Shown here in pieces: positions 14,111 to 28,789 of a stretch of DNA of 64,000 bases (within the stretch, counting starts at the first letter, position 1; the number at the start of each line of letters is the position of its first letter). Under the pieces are notes generated by a model. That model was not told the DNA's origin. It saw only the letters and a list, made by a program, of their open reading frames with translations, and did no database searches. This DNA comes from Eledone cirrhosa (lineage: Eukaryota), in contig OZ024751.1 in assembly GCA_964016885.1 (NCBI GenBank), positions 37,262,001-37,326,000 of the forward strand, written 5' to 3'. A program made the position numbers and the translations under genes.

Positions 14111-14729
14111 AATATATATATAAATATATACATACATATAAATATATATATAAATATATATATATATATAAATATATATATAAATATATATATACATATA
14201 AATATATATATAAATATATATATAAATATATATATATATAAATACATAAATATATATATAAATATATATATAAATATATATAAATATATAAATATATATA
14301 TATATAAATATAAATATATATATATATAAATATAAATATATATATATATAAATATATATATATGAACATTTACATGTTTTAGTTGCAATTGACTAATAAA
14401 ATAATTAGAATTTATATATAAATGAAAAGTATAGAAATTGTTGTAGCGAGAAGCTAAGTATTCCATAACATATATATTTATATATACATGTGTATATATA
14501 TATACACGTGTGTGTGTGTATAAATATATATATATATGTGTGTATGTCTGGTTGTGTGCTACACAACATCATGGCTCTCGGTATTAAAAGGTTGTCAGGC
14601 TACACATCAGGAGTTCCTATAACGGTCTCACGCCCGCTGGCTCGTGCTGATAACATATATTAGGGCTTAATGCAACCGCCGACTGACTAGTTGGAAGGCA
14701 GAGCAAGAAAGAGACTGAATCAGCGGGTA

Positions 14730-15236
<507 letters not shown>

Positions 15237-15339
15237 AATATATATATATAAATATATATATATAAATATATATATATAAATATATATATATAAATATATA
15301 TATATATAAATATATAAATATAAATATATAAATATATAT

Positions 15340-15372
<33 letters not shown>

Positions 15373-15442
15373 AATATATATATATAAATATATATATACA
15401 AATATATATATATAAATATATATATAAATATATATATATATA

Positions 15443-15497
15443 TTGTTATACGTTATACTTTGGGAGGGTCATGTTGCTAAACAAATGCAGAAACGAA
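15443..15497 (+). mobile_element. 55-bp minimal family E insertion
   Basis: Inverted repeat end gttatactttgggagggtcatgttgc is joined to tail end taaacaaatgcagaaacgaa; (TA)n on both sides. Confidence 0.75.
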
Positions 15498-18234
15498 ATA
15501 TATATGTATATATATATATATATATGATATGATATGTTAAGTGTGTGTTTCTTTCAAAATTTTTCAATTGTAAGTAAATGATATCCTCGAATCTCAAAAC
15601 TGAAATGTACATGAAATATATAAAATGCAAACTTTACGTATATATACGCGCACACACACACACACACACACACACCCACACACACTCACATATATATATA
15701 TATACATATATATACATACACATATATATGCATACTTATACACAGACTCGCACACTTTATATATATACATATACATATACACACACGAATCTGTATATAT
15801 ATATATATATATATATACATCTTCCAAATGGTAGCTGATTCGATTAAACGTGACAATTCTGATCGAAGCAAAGTAGTGTGTTTTGTGTTGATATTTTCTT
15901 ATATACACAATTTTACAAAAAATCTGCATATTTAACTGACAGTTAATTGAATATGTCATCAGAAATGTCGAAATGTTGCATTTTTATAAATCAAAACGAA
16001 AGTGTAAAATAAAAACTAATACAAAAAGATAATATAGAGAAAATAATTTTTCAATATTAGAAGTGTTGTGTTGCTATAAACATAACTTCAGCAGGAATCC
16101 CGACGATAAAATATTACTCGGGTTTGTAGGAATAATTTCAATCTCTTCACGCATATCAGCGTTTAACTTAATGGTTTTTCGTCTGAATTATTCAGTGTGA
16201 ATTATATATATATATATATATAATAGAAAAAGAAAAATCAGTGATGCATCTTCGTTTTCTATTATATCACACTCTGCTCTCTAAGAGCATAGAGTGCTCA
16301 ACAGACATACTGCCTATGGAAGCATCTTAGCTACCATCACACACACACACAGACACACACATATATATATATAGTTATATTTCTATATGTATCTCTCTCT
16401 CTAATATATATATATATATTGGAAAAACTAAGACGCTGTCATTTATAGGAATAACTATAATTCAATTAGAAGAAGAGAATGGGATTCCTTGAAGGAGTTA
16501 CAGATAGGAAAATAAGTAAAAATAATGTGAATTATCTAAGACTATCAAAGTTATTTATATTTTCTAAATATTTCCCATTGTTTTGTGAATTGTATTTAAA
16601 AATATATTAATTATATAATCCCTATAGTTTCAGGAAAGAGAGCACGCATTTGTGTGAGAACTGTCATGGCGTTCGAAACTGAATATAATATATTTTTATA
16701 TCCTATATTTCTCTATGTATTATATATGTTATATAGCAAACATTTCTATATAATGTATTATATACTGTAGATATATATACATTATATAATATTTATATAT
16801 ATATATATGTGTATGTATGTATGTATGATAAAGGCAACACGCAAAATGTAAAATAGTTTCTCATAATAAATCCACAAGAAGTGCGTTAGATTCTATAAAG
16901 AAATAATAGAAAATGTATAGAATATTGAAGCGCACCGGGTTTGTAACTAGATACACGATATAAAAACAATTTTTACGCTAAAAAATGTCTCCTTTCCGTC
17001 TCTTTACACATATTGTTAGCTCTTGGACATGATGTTATTCCACAGTTATTAAAGAAAATGCCAATCCTGTGTTATTTATTACTCAGCAGACTGTCTGAAA
17101 GAGAAATGCAATTGAACTGAAACGAGCCGTGAATAGCTGTTCATACAGTGTTGACATTTCCAAGAAGAAATATTATCCGCCTGTAACACATTCGCTCTCA
17201 CATTGTCTAAACATTAAATTTAGCAAACACGTTTAGTCTCACAGTCAGGCATATTGTATCGATATAACGTGTGATTCAAGTGTATCGATCTCTCTATTCA
17301 AATATATTTTATGACTAACATGCTTGAATTAATAGCGTTCTTCAACAGTAAAGTGTCCTTTAAAAAATACACATTCAGCACGAGAAAATGATGGAATATT
17401 ATGAGGGAAATGTTAATGAGATACCGAAACACCCAATAAAAATAGAAGGTAAAAAGGTTTGATATTTTACATAACTGAAACGACATCGCTATAAATATAC
17501 AGACATTGCATGTAAGCCAGTTAGTTACGGGGCTACGTTTAAATACAGTGCATTGCCATAATTATATGCAACATTGAAACAAACCAGTCACAGGATATGC
17601 CTGATTTATTTGTTTTAAAATCAAATAAGTAAATCTATCTATCTATTTATCTACCTGTCTAACTACCTACCAACCTATCTATCTATCTAACATTACGATC
17701 ATGAGCTGAACACACTAATCACAAAACAACACGTCATCACACTTACATTATATAATTCCTAATATGTTCCTTTTCCAAAAATTAGAGAAAAAAAAAGATT
17801 AAAGTTTTAAATTATGTACATTTTAGCAAGTCTGTTAAATATTATTACTCATTTATTTAGAACAGAATAAGAGAAAAAAGCTATTTTCAGAAACGACATT
17901 TGCTAATTTAAAGTGGAAATTAAGTTAGACATACTCAAACAAAACTAAAAATAAAATTTCGTGAGATATACAATTATTAATTATGAAAAAATATATAATT
18001 AGAATAATTGAGTTTTGAAATAGAAAAATGTGATATAACACCTATAAAATGGATAAATTAGGCTTTTAATTAGCCAAATGATTGTTATTGCATATATTGA
18101 TGTGTATACTTAGAGGCAAATGGAGAGTGAGGCTTGAGGAAAACTTTCCATTTTTCACAAATGAAATAGATTGCAGCCTGATGATTTTACACACACACAG
18201 ACACTGTATATAATATATATATATATATATATAT

Positions 18235-18695
18235 GCAAAAGTTTTATTTAAAATTGTTGGGTTACAACGAGTAAATATTTTATAACTGATATAAAAGCAC
18301 TCAACAGTTTTGGAGTAGGTTTACGATATTAAACAAATGGAAACTATATTTATAAAACCATATTTATTTCGTTATATATATTTCTGGGATATCATATTAA
18401 AAATATGGTATGCCTTCCTCAGACAAAATACAATATATAAGCTGTTTTATAAATAATTTTGACATACCTTATAATAATGCAACTTCCATTTAAAAAGTTG
18501 ATTTGGTAGACTACCAAATCAACTTTTTAAATGGAAGTTGCATTATTATAAGGTATGTCAAAATTATTTATAAAACAGCTTATATATTGTATTTTGTCTG
18601 AGGAAGGCATACCATATTTTTAATATGATATCCCAGAAATATATATAACGAAATAAATATGGTTTTATAAATATAGTTTCCATTTGTTTAATATC

Positions 18696-18698
<3 letters not shown>
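18235..18698 (-). mobile_element. Fold-back PLE-like insertion, family B copy 2, containing a perfect 377-bp palindrome
   Basis: Arms 18322-18509 and 18511-18698 are exact reverse complements by eye. Tail 18235-18321 matches the reverse complement of 15115-15204. Confidence 0.9.
18584..18660 (+). ncRNA. Type I hammerhead ribozyme (family B); mirror core on minus strand at 18375-18422
   Basis: CTGAGGA (18598) aggcatacca...tgatatccca GAAA (18636) tat ATA. Stem II has more mismatches than copy 1. Confidence 0.65.
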
Positions 18699-18761
<63 letters not shown>

Positions 18762-19053
18762 TAGGAAAATAATCTGAGCTCCGGCCATTTCGACAGCTAG
18801 ATGCGAACTAAGCCACCAGTATTAGAACGGCGAGAATCTAGAGCAGCCGTCAGGGTCCTGACTCTTTTCCTATTACCGACTCTACTTCCCTAGGAATTGA
18901 GTACTCTGGCGCGTTATGATCCACCTGGTATCTTAGCACAGCCTCTTTGTTATATATATTATAGTCAGGTGTGTAACTGCAGTTAGAGGCCCTCAGAGTC
19001 CAAAAGCATTTCTACTGACAACGGTTAGCGACACCTACTGCAATAACCAATCC

Positions 19054-19190
19054 AAATTGGGGAGACCTTCCCCAAACGGGATGAAAATTACCTGCCAGAT
19101 GCACATTAGCTTCAAGAGCAATTTTAAGTAGCAAAGTCTTGTATCGATTGGAAAAAGTGGAAGATACATCGGCGAAACCAACGAAGATCC
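19054..19190 (+). pseudogene. Possible GIY-YIG endonuclease remnant of a Penelope-like element
   Basis: Frame-shifted translation ITCQMH...SKVLYRL...GRYIGET (tacatcggcgaaacc at 19165-19179) resembles the PLE pattern VVYxIxCxxC..YIGET. Confidence 0.35.
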
Positions 19191-19481
19191 ATTCTATTCC
19201 ATTTCAAGACTTATCACATTAGTCTAGTTTCAAATCAACGTGTTCTTAATAGAAATCAATATACTACCATTGTTTTCGTATTTTTTTTACATTCCATACG
19301 AATGTCGCGCTACTGGATTTTCAATCTTTCCCATCACCATTAAATATGCCAGTAAAAAAAAATGACACACTATGTTAGTGCTGCATCAACGCCAGCTAAG
19401 AATAGTTAAAATGTAATATTCTATAATGAAGTTAGAGGAATGTTCATGCCAAATTTGTCTGTGCGTGTGTGTCTGAATGTG

Positions 19482-19516
<35 letters not shown>

Positions 19517-19648
19517 GCATGTATATATACATATACATACACATATGTATATATACATATATGTATATAAAACATATATGTGTATATACATATATGTATA
19601 TATATGTATATATATATATATATATATACATATATGTGTATATACACA

Positions 19649-19714
<66 letters not shown>

Positions 19715-20437
19715 TTGATTATTTTTTGCTCCATAAAGTAAGTCGAGTTAAATTGTGACGCCAGAATTTTGCCGAAGGATTAATAACCTGAATACATTGA
19801 ATAATAGATGATAAATAATGTATTCTAATTCAGTTAGCTGAAAATAGTTGAACACTTAAAACAATAACTTGATTTAAGTTTAAATTAATATATTTTCCTA
19901 TTTATTACTATTTTTGGGCTCTGAGGACTGATATTAGACTTAAATGAATTTAAAGCTAACGGGAAAAAAAATAGTAAACAAAAAAACATAGATAAAGATA
20001 AAGAAAATAGCTTGATTAACCCTCAGAAACGGTATTTCTAGTTATATAGGTGTAGAGTCTGTCACCCACTCTCATCTCTTTCATTACTGTTTTGTCTAGA
20101 AGACCTTGCTCTTCCCATCTTCTTCCACACATTTATGGCATTTATTGTCCTTTCTATATTGCTTTCTTTTACTGTATGTTTAAACCAAATAAAACATGTT
20201 TTACTATAATAGATTGTAATGACAGTAGTCAAGCTAACATCATAAATATTGTATATAAGAAATAATTCCAAAACATGACATTAGGATTGTTTTAAATTTT
20301 CTTATGTTAGGTATACATTAAGATAATGGAAGAAAACCTGCAAATACCCGCATGAGGGCATTGCGAAACGCACACATATATGTCCACTATGTCCACACAC
20401 ACAAACATTATACATATATATATATATATACATATAT

Positions 20438-20469
<32 letters not shown>

Positions 20470-20481
20470 GTATATACATAT

Positions 20482-20537
<56 letters not shown>

Positions 20538-20630
20538 ATAATAATAAATTTGAAGACTAAAATCCAAAGAGGGCTCGATAAGGATAAATATATATCAAAT
20601 ATATAAGAACCATAGAGCAACAATCTGTTA

Positions 20631-20671
<41 letters not shown>

Positions 20672-21528
20672 TTTTTAGTTTCTTTCCCATATTTAACCAA
20701 GGAAATGTGGAAACAGAAATCTTCATAACAGTATAAACTATATCGCTATCCACAGTGGAACCGACAACTGATTGTCAGAAATCTATTACACGGAGAATAA
20801 AATCATTCAAAAGTTAGGAAAAGTAAACTCATAAAATATAAACAATAGCGATTTGTATTGAATCATGATAATAGGAAGAACGGGAAACAAATGAAATACA
20901 CTGAGTGACTGTGTTACGAAATGGAAATAGTGCAAAGGTCGGCGGAAATGACAAAGTTTGCTGCTCCCATGTCTCCTCCAATTGGTTCTCATTGTTATAA
21001 CTTTCTCACTGTTTTTTGTTTCGTTCTTTCCCACACCAATGTGTGTGTGGGTACGTGTTGTGTGGAGTGTGTGGGTACGCGTGTGATGTGGTGTGTGTGT
21101 TAGGGTATGCATGTGGTGTGTGCGTGTGCATGTGTATGGTGAGTGATATGTGTCTGTGTGATTTGTTTTTATGTTTTACTGTAGACATTTTATAGAGAAA
21201 ACAAAACGAGAATGTGACATGTTTATTGTCAAACGCTGTTGGTCGTTTTAAAGAAAGAGAATAGAAAGATTGTCTAAATAATAAAATAAAATAAAACAGA
21301 TGTTGATTGATAATGTATTTCGATATTTTCAATGTGTGATCTGTGTTAGAATCAACATTTGTTGATATTAAGATCAGATCATATATGCAAAACATTGGGA
21401 TTGGACTAAACAGGTTGTATTTGGGAATATATTGCTACAGACTGATTTGTTTTTTAATATACAACTCTGCAGAAATGTCATCATAATCATAGGAGGGCGA
21501 GATACATTCAGAAACATAAAATAATATG

Positions 21529-21655
<127 letters not shown>

Positions 21656-24077
21656 ATGTGTGTGTGTGTGTAAGTGTGTTTGCGTGTGTGTGTAAATGTT
21701 TTGCTTAGTGCCAGACAAGAGACAAGTTTATATCATATCATTATAACTGAAATTCTTTCTACAGCAATATCTCCAACAACGTCTGTATTTAGTGTCAGAC
21801 ATGAATTATAATGATTCTTGTGTTATATTAAAACATCATGTGTGAGATGTATTGACTAAAACGTTAGAGTGTCGTATAAACCCCATTCTGATATCTGTTC
21901 TGGCTATTTAAATTTTGAGTTCAAATCCCACCGAATTTAATAATTGTACATATAACTTTTCAATTCAAATTGCTGTTGCGAGCCAAACTTTGATATGTAA
22001 AATTGGGGCCGTGGGGGGCTGTGTATTGTAACTTTTTGTGAATGAGGGGACCCCCAAACCTGAAGAGCTCCGGGCCTCCAAGGACTAGATCCAACCCTGT
22101 ATACACGTGCAATTTAATACAAAATGGGTTGTTCTTGTTATTGAAAGAGTGAGCCTTGTCAGACGCTTTCACGCTGGATATCCCGAGTACACATCTATGT
22201 GGAATGTTCAACCACTTAAACATAAATTTCTTAAGCGGGTTGTTCTGTTGATCAACCAACTGGAAGCATAATAGCGGATCAACATTTTGAAAATCAGTTG
22301 TCATCCTCGCATATTAAAACAGAGATCAGAATATTTCCAGTGATCGATCTACATGATAAATAGCCAATTATCATGTAACGATTGAAACCTTGTAATCTTT
22401 GATCTATATTTATATTATAATATTTGAAGATTCCACACAAAATGTTCGACTTAAACAAGTTATCGTGAAACGTAGACATCATTGGAATCGCACGGTTTAA
22501 TCTAATCCGTTTCAGTTAATAATATTCCGGAATATATTACGAATATATTAACTGTCATATCTATTAACCTCCTATCTCCAGATAAATAGGAATATAGAAT
22601 TTCTTGAAAGTGGAGTTAATAAATATTTTATATATTATATAGTTAGTTTATCTTTGATCAGATGGATGGAGTATTGGGAATTTATTCTGAGTAGAAGAAT
22701 ATTGTATAGTATTACTGAATTACAACTAACTGAGGCAGACACATATCTATGAATATATTTGAGAGACTGTGGGGGCGTACATGATTACAAGAAACGGAAT
22801 CACCTAATAAATACGAGTGTCTTTAATAATTAAAAACATTACAGGTTTTATCTAGACGCAAACAGTGTATGTGTATGTATGTGTGTGTGCCTGTGTGTGT
22901 GTGTATGAATGAGGGTGGGGGTTGTTCCAGCAGAGAAATTGGGGAAAAACTGGAAAACGTAACGGAAACAATATCAGTGAAAAATACCGATCGGTGCTTC
23001 CGTCGGTAAAACATACCTTAGAGTTATATTACAAGGATATTTCCAAGTGTCGTTCAGAAGAGATTAAAAACAAAGGAGGGATAAATATGCGCGGATGTAG
23101 GTCAGGTAGACGAACAAGTAAGTTTGACAAACATAAAACTGGTAAACAAAGACATGGAATAAAGGAAATGAAAGGTAGGAGTAAAAGGGCTGCCATACCA
23201 AGATGAAACAATTGGTTGTTAAACCCAAGAGATGAATACAGAAAACGAATACAGAAAACGTAGATAATACAACGCTAGAAATGTTTAGGGAGACCACATG
23301 TGGGAAGACGGAGTCTCGAATCGCCTGGTTTATTTGAAGAGAACAAGAGAAGAGTACAGTAACGTGTGAAAGAAAGTGGGGAACGTGACAAACACAAAAA
23401 TATCAACGACTTCATTAAACTTGCGGATTTTCAGAAGTGGTGAGGAAGCAGAGGACTAGCTAAAGTAAGGCTTAAGGCTAAACATTTACAATTAAATATG
23501 ACAAGAATATTTTTCGTGTATATAGAATATTATTCAAGAATGCACCTGTTCTGGATCGTTAAAGTCACAAGATTATTGAATTACGCATTAAAGCGAATGT
23601 TCCAGATAACATTTAGAAGTAAATTATTTATTATTCATTAGTTACAGAGGACTTCTGAAAGCCATGAGACAATCCTTTTCGCTAGACAAAGCTAATAAAA
23701 GAAGTATATTCCTGTTTACTGCTGTCGTAGTTATTGTTCAGAAAAATATTTTTTTGTGATATTTCATTAACCCGAAAAAGTACTTGAAATATGATTGCAA
23801 ATTGATGGCTGCTTCTCAATGTATGTTAATAGTACATCTGACTTCTTAATTATGTTGTTACAAAATACATCATATTTTCTAAATTGCTCTGAGCTACACT
23901 CTACAATTCATATATAGAACATCTTTACATATTTCTATTTCTGAACGTCCAATTTTGCTGTCCAAGTAAATTTAATTATTTTCTCCGTGTGTATACATTG
24001 TCTATTTCGAATTGCTCATATGGAATTATTTAAAATCGCTTACTTCAAACGTTCAATTATGAAGCAATCATATGGTT

Positions 24078-24440
24078 CATCTTATCTTCCTTTCCGCCCA
24101 CTTAATCCCAAGAGGGTCGTGGGTGTAAAATCCTCAGACACAACTTCCAGAGAGTCCTATTAAAAGCAAGCTTTTCCAATTGATCCACCTGAAGAGGCTC
24201 ATGGATGTTGCCCAACCATTTTGCTCGTCGTCTACACATGGGGGCGGCTGAGTTGGAATTGCCTTTAAAACATATCAAGCGATTCTTTTCTTAGACATGA
24301 TAACCTTATATCCATAGTACCAGAGGTGTGATCTCTTAATTTAGAGTGGTAGCGCTTCTATCTGGAGCGACTCCCTGAACTCCGAGCTACAAACCAATCG
24401 AGTAACACTACTCCAAAGACCCTTTAGCTGAACCTCATTT
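24078..24440 (-). pseudogene. RTE-clade (Expander-like) LINE 3' end, decayed
   Basis: Minus translation VTRLVCSSEFRESLQIEALPL*IKRSHLWYYGY...RRRAKWLGNI...LEKLAFNRTLWKLCLRILHPRPSWD* matches the RTE C-terminal pattern; followed by a short gataagatg tail. Confidence 0.7.
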
Positions 24441-25561
24441 AAGGAGCTTATATTCGCGATCCTATTCATTAAATCATCACCATAGATGGATGAACATAAG
24501 TAAGAATAGGCATGAATACCAAATTGAAAATAGCGTTAGAATTTTCTATCAGCTTTCCCTTCTTTTGATGACCAAATAGTGAAGCTGGGGCATTACTGCA
24601 CTAGCTACTGAAGGAGAAATATATAATGGATACAACAAAAATATATAATATATACAAGTATATAATATATACAAGTTTATAATATATATAATCTTGATGG
24701 AATATTTCTGTTTACGGACATTACGAGATAGATAGGTAGATGGATAAGTAAGTAGATGAATGGACATACAGAATGTTAAAGAATGTAAAACAATGTAGTT
24801 ATTTGTATCCATTTCAAAAATGCCTTCCAAGAAATATCTCTATGTATCTTTCACATGCAAACACTCTTTCTCTCTCTATGTATTATATATATGCATGTGT
24901 ATATATACACCCACACCCACACACACACACGCACACGCACACACACATATATATATATTATATATGTAATTTTTTCATTCAAATATTTATTACATTGCCT
25001 CATTGCCTTCTATATATTTTGCAGAACCCATCTGCTTTGTTCTATGTAAATTCGTAGAAACAATACTTTTCTATGGTACTGTTGAAAAAGGACACGTTAT
25101 TATATATTTTATAGCTTATTTCGCATTTGCGAATTCTCTAATATATATTAATGAAATACTCCGCCAGAAAAATGTAATAAATACAAGGGATATTTGTAAA
25201 TTGTTACTGTTCATTTCACTAAGTGTAAATATACGATTTATATTCATCAGTTCCTTGAGTATTCAATGCTTTTATTCTGACAAACGTTTCGAAAGGCTGA
25301 ATATGTTTCTGGCGAACATCGTTTATATGGAACATAAATTCAGATTTCTAATAAGTATGAATGTATATGTAAATGTTTTTCTGTGTGTAACCATATGCAT
25401 GGATCTTAAAAAGCTACAAATCACACTCACATACACATGTATAGATAAATATATATATATATATGTATATAAATATACATTAGAGAGAGAGATTTGCATA
25501 TATATATATGTATATATAGATATTTGCATTTATACATATTCTTGTGTGTGCATTCACAGCC

Positions 25562-25601
<40 letters not shown>

Positions 25602-25797
25602 ACATATGTATGTGTGGGTGTGTGTGTGTGTGTGTGTGGGTGGGAGGTGCTCATATATGTATGAATGATTGTATGCTAATTCGAGATTGTAAATTCGGAG
25701 ATAATTGTGTAAATAAAATAAGTATTCATGAAGTTTTTATTATTTTTAACGAATACATTATATTTTTCAGAACACACACACACACACACACACAGAC

Positions 25798-26220
<423 letters not shown>

Positions 26221-26578
26221 TATATACATATATATATATATATGATGTATATGTTCAGTGTAATGCGTTAGCCTGGGAAAAAATTCATGTTTCCTATTCA
26301 AACATATATGTAGTGAATTCTTTCTCATTTGATAGCATTTATTTATGAATTTAGTTATTCGTCAAAATATATTTCATGTCAGGAGTAATATTCAGGGTTA
26401 CATTTGCATTACAGATCTACGTAATGTATGGACATAAATTTCGTTTTACATATAATTCGTTAGTAACGCCGTTGCTTGCTCTCCTGGAAATGTTTGCTTT
26501 TCTTTTAAATGACTATTTCTTTCCTCACTTTCCGTATATTATACATGAGTATGTAAATTGATACACACATACACACAC

Positions 26579-26624
<46 letters not shown>

Positions 26625-26644
26625 GGATATATACTCACAAACAC

Positions 26645-26685
<41 letters not shown>

Positions 26686-26829
26686 TTCTATGTATATTTG
26701 GTCGAAACAAACAAGAACTTATTCTGATTGTATGCTTATTTGTTTCTTTCTTTCCATCTATTTCTGTGTAAATTCAATTATTCTCTGCGCTAAACCCACA
26801 TTTTTCAGGGCCCATTGAATTGCTTGCTT

Positions 26830-27990
<1,161 letters not shown>

Positions 27991-28174
27991 TATTAATTTA
28001 TCATATTTTTTTAGACATCAACTTTATGCAATTTTATCACTTGGCGAAATTTTTTTTTATATTTGGTTATGAATATATACGTGAATTATAATCATTTGAG
28101 ATTCGGAGTCAGGGTTATCAAAATTAAAACAGCCAACAAGATATATTGATTTTCATTACAAAAAAACTAATATG

Positions 28175-28210
<36 letters not shown>

Positions 28211-28553
28211 TGTGGTGTGTATGTTTGTGTATATATATATGCGTGTGTATATGTACATATAATTTTGTATGTATGTATATATATGATCATAGGATATGGT
28301 GAGGAACTCAGTTAATAGTCTAAGAAGAAACCAGCAACGTATAGAAAAGTAAGATGAAGTGATAAAGATATTAAATATGTATTTTGTGTGAATATGTATG
28401 TGATTGTGTTTGGGTTAAAAGAAACTAAATTCATTGTTAAAAAAGACGTACAATTTAGAAGATGTCAGAAATTCTATAACTGAAAATATGGACCTGGAAA
28501 TAACCTGGAAATCCGACCGTAACAAAAATTCGGGATAACCCCAAATTAAGACA

Positions 28554-28603
<50 letters not shown>

Positions 28604-28755
28604 TATAACAAAAGTTAGATCACCATACCGAGAACAAATTTTTCATCTTGCGGATCTTCAACTCGGTGCACTAACTGTTGCGTTACTACTTCTACGAAAC
28701 TCGTCCCATAGACTGAATGCTCTACTACTATGGATATTACCCTCCAGTGCTATAC

Positions 28756-28789
<34 letters not shown>

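Noticed and set aside
22922-23320. Possible L1/Tx1-like remnant (GGINM...), similar purine-rich stretch at 29560-29960
   Set aside because: Too few conserved residues to call without a profile search.
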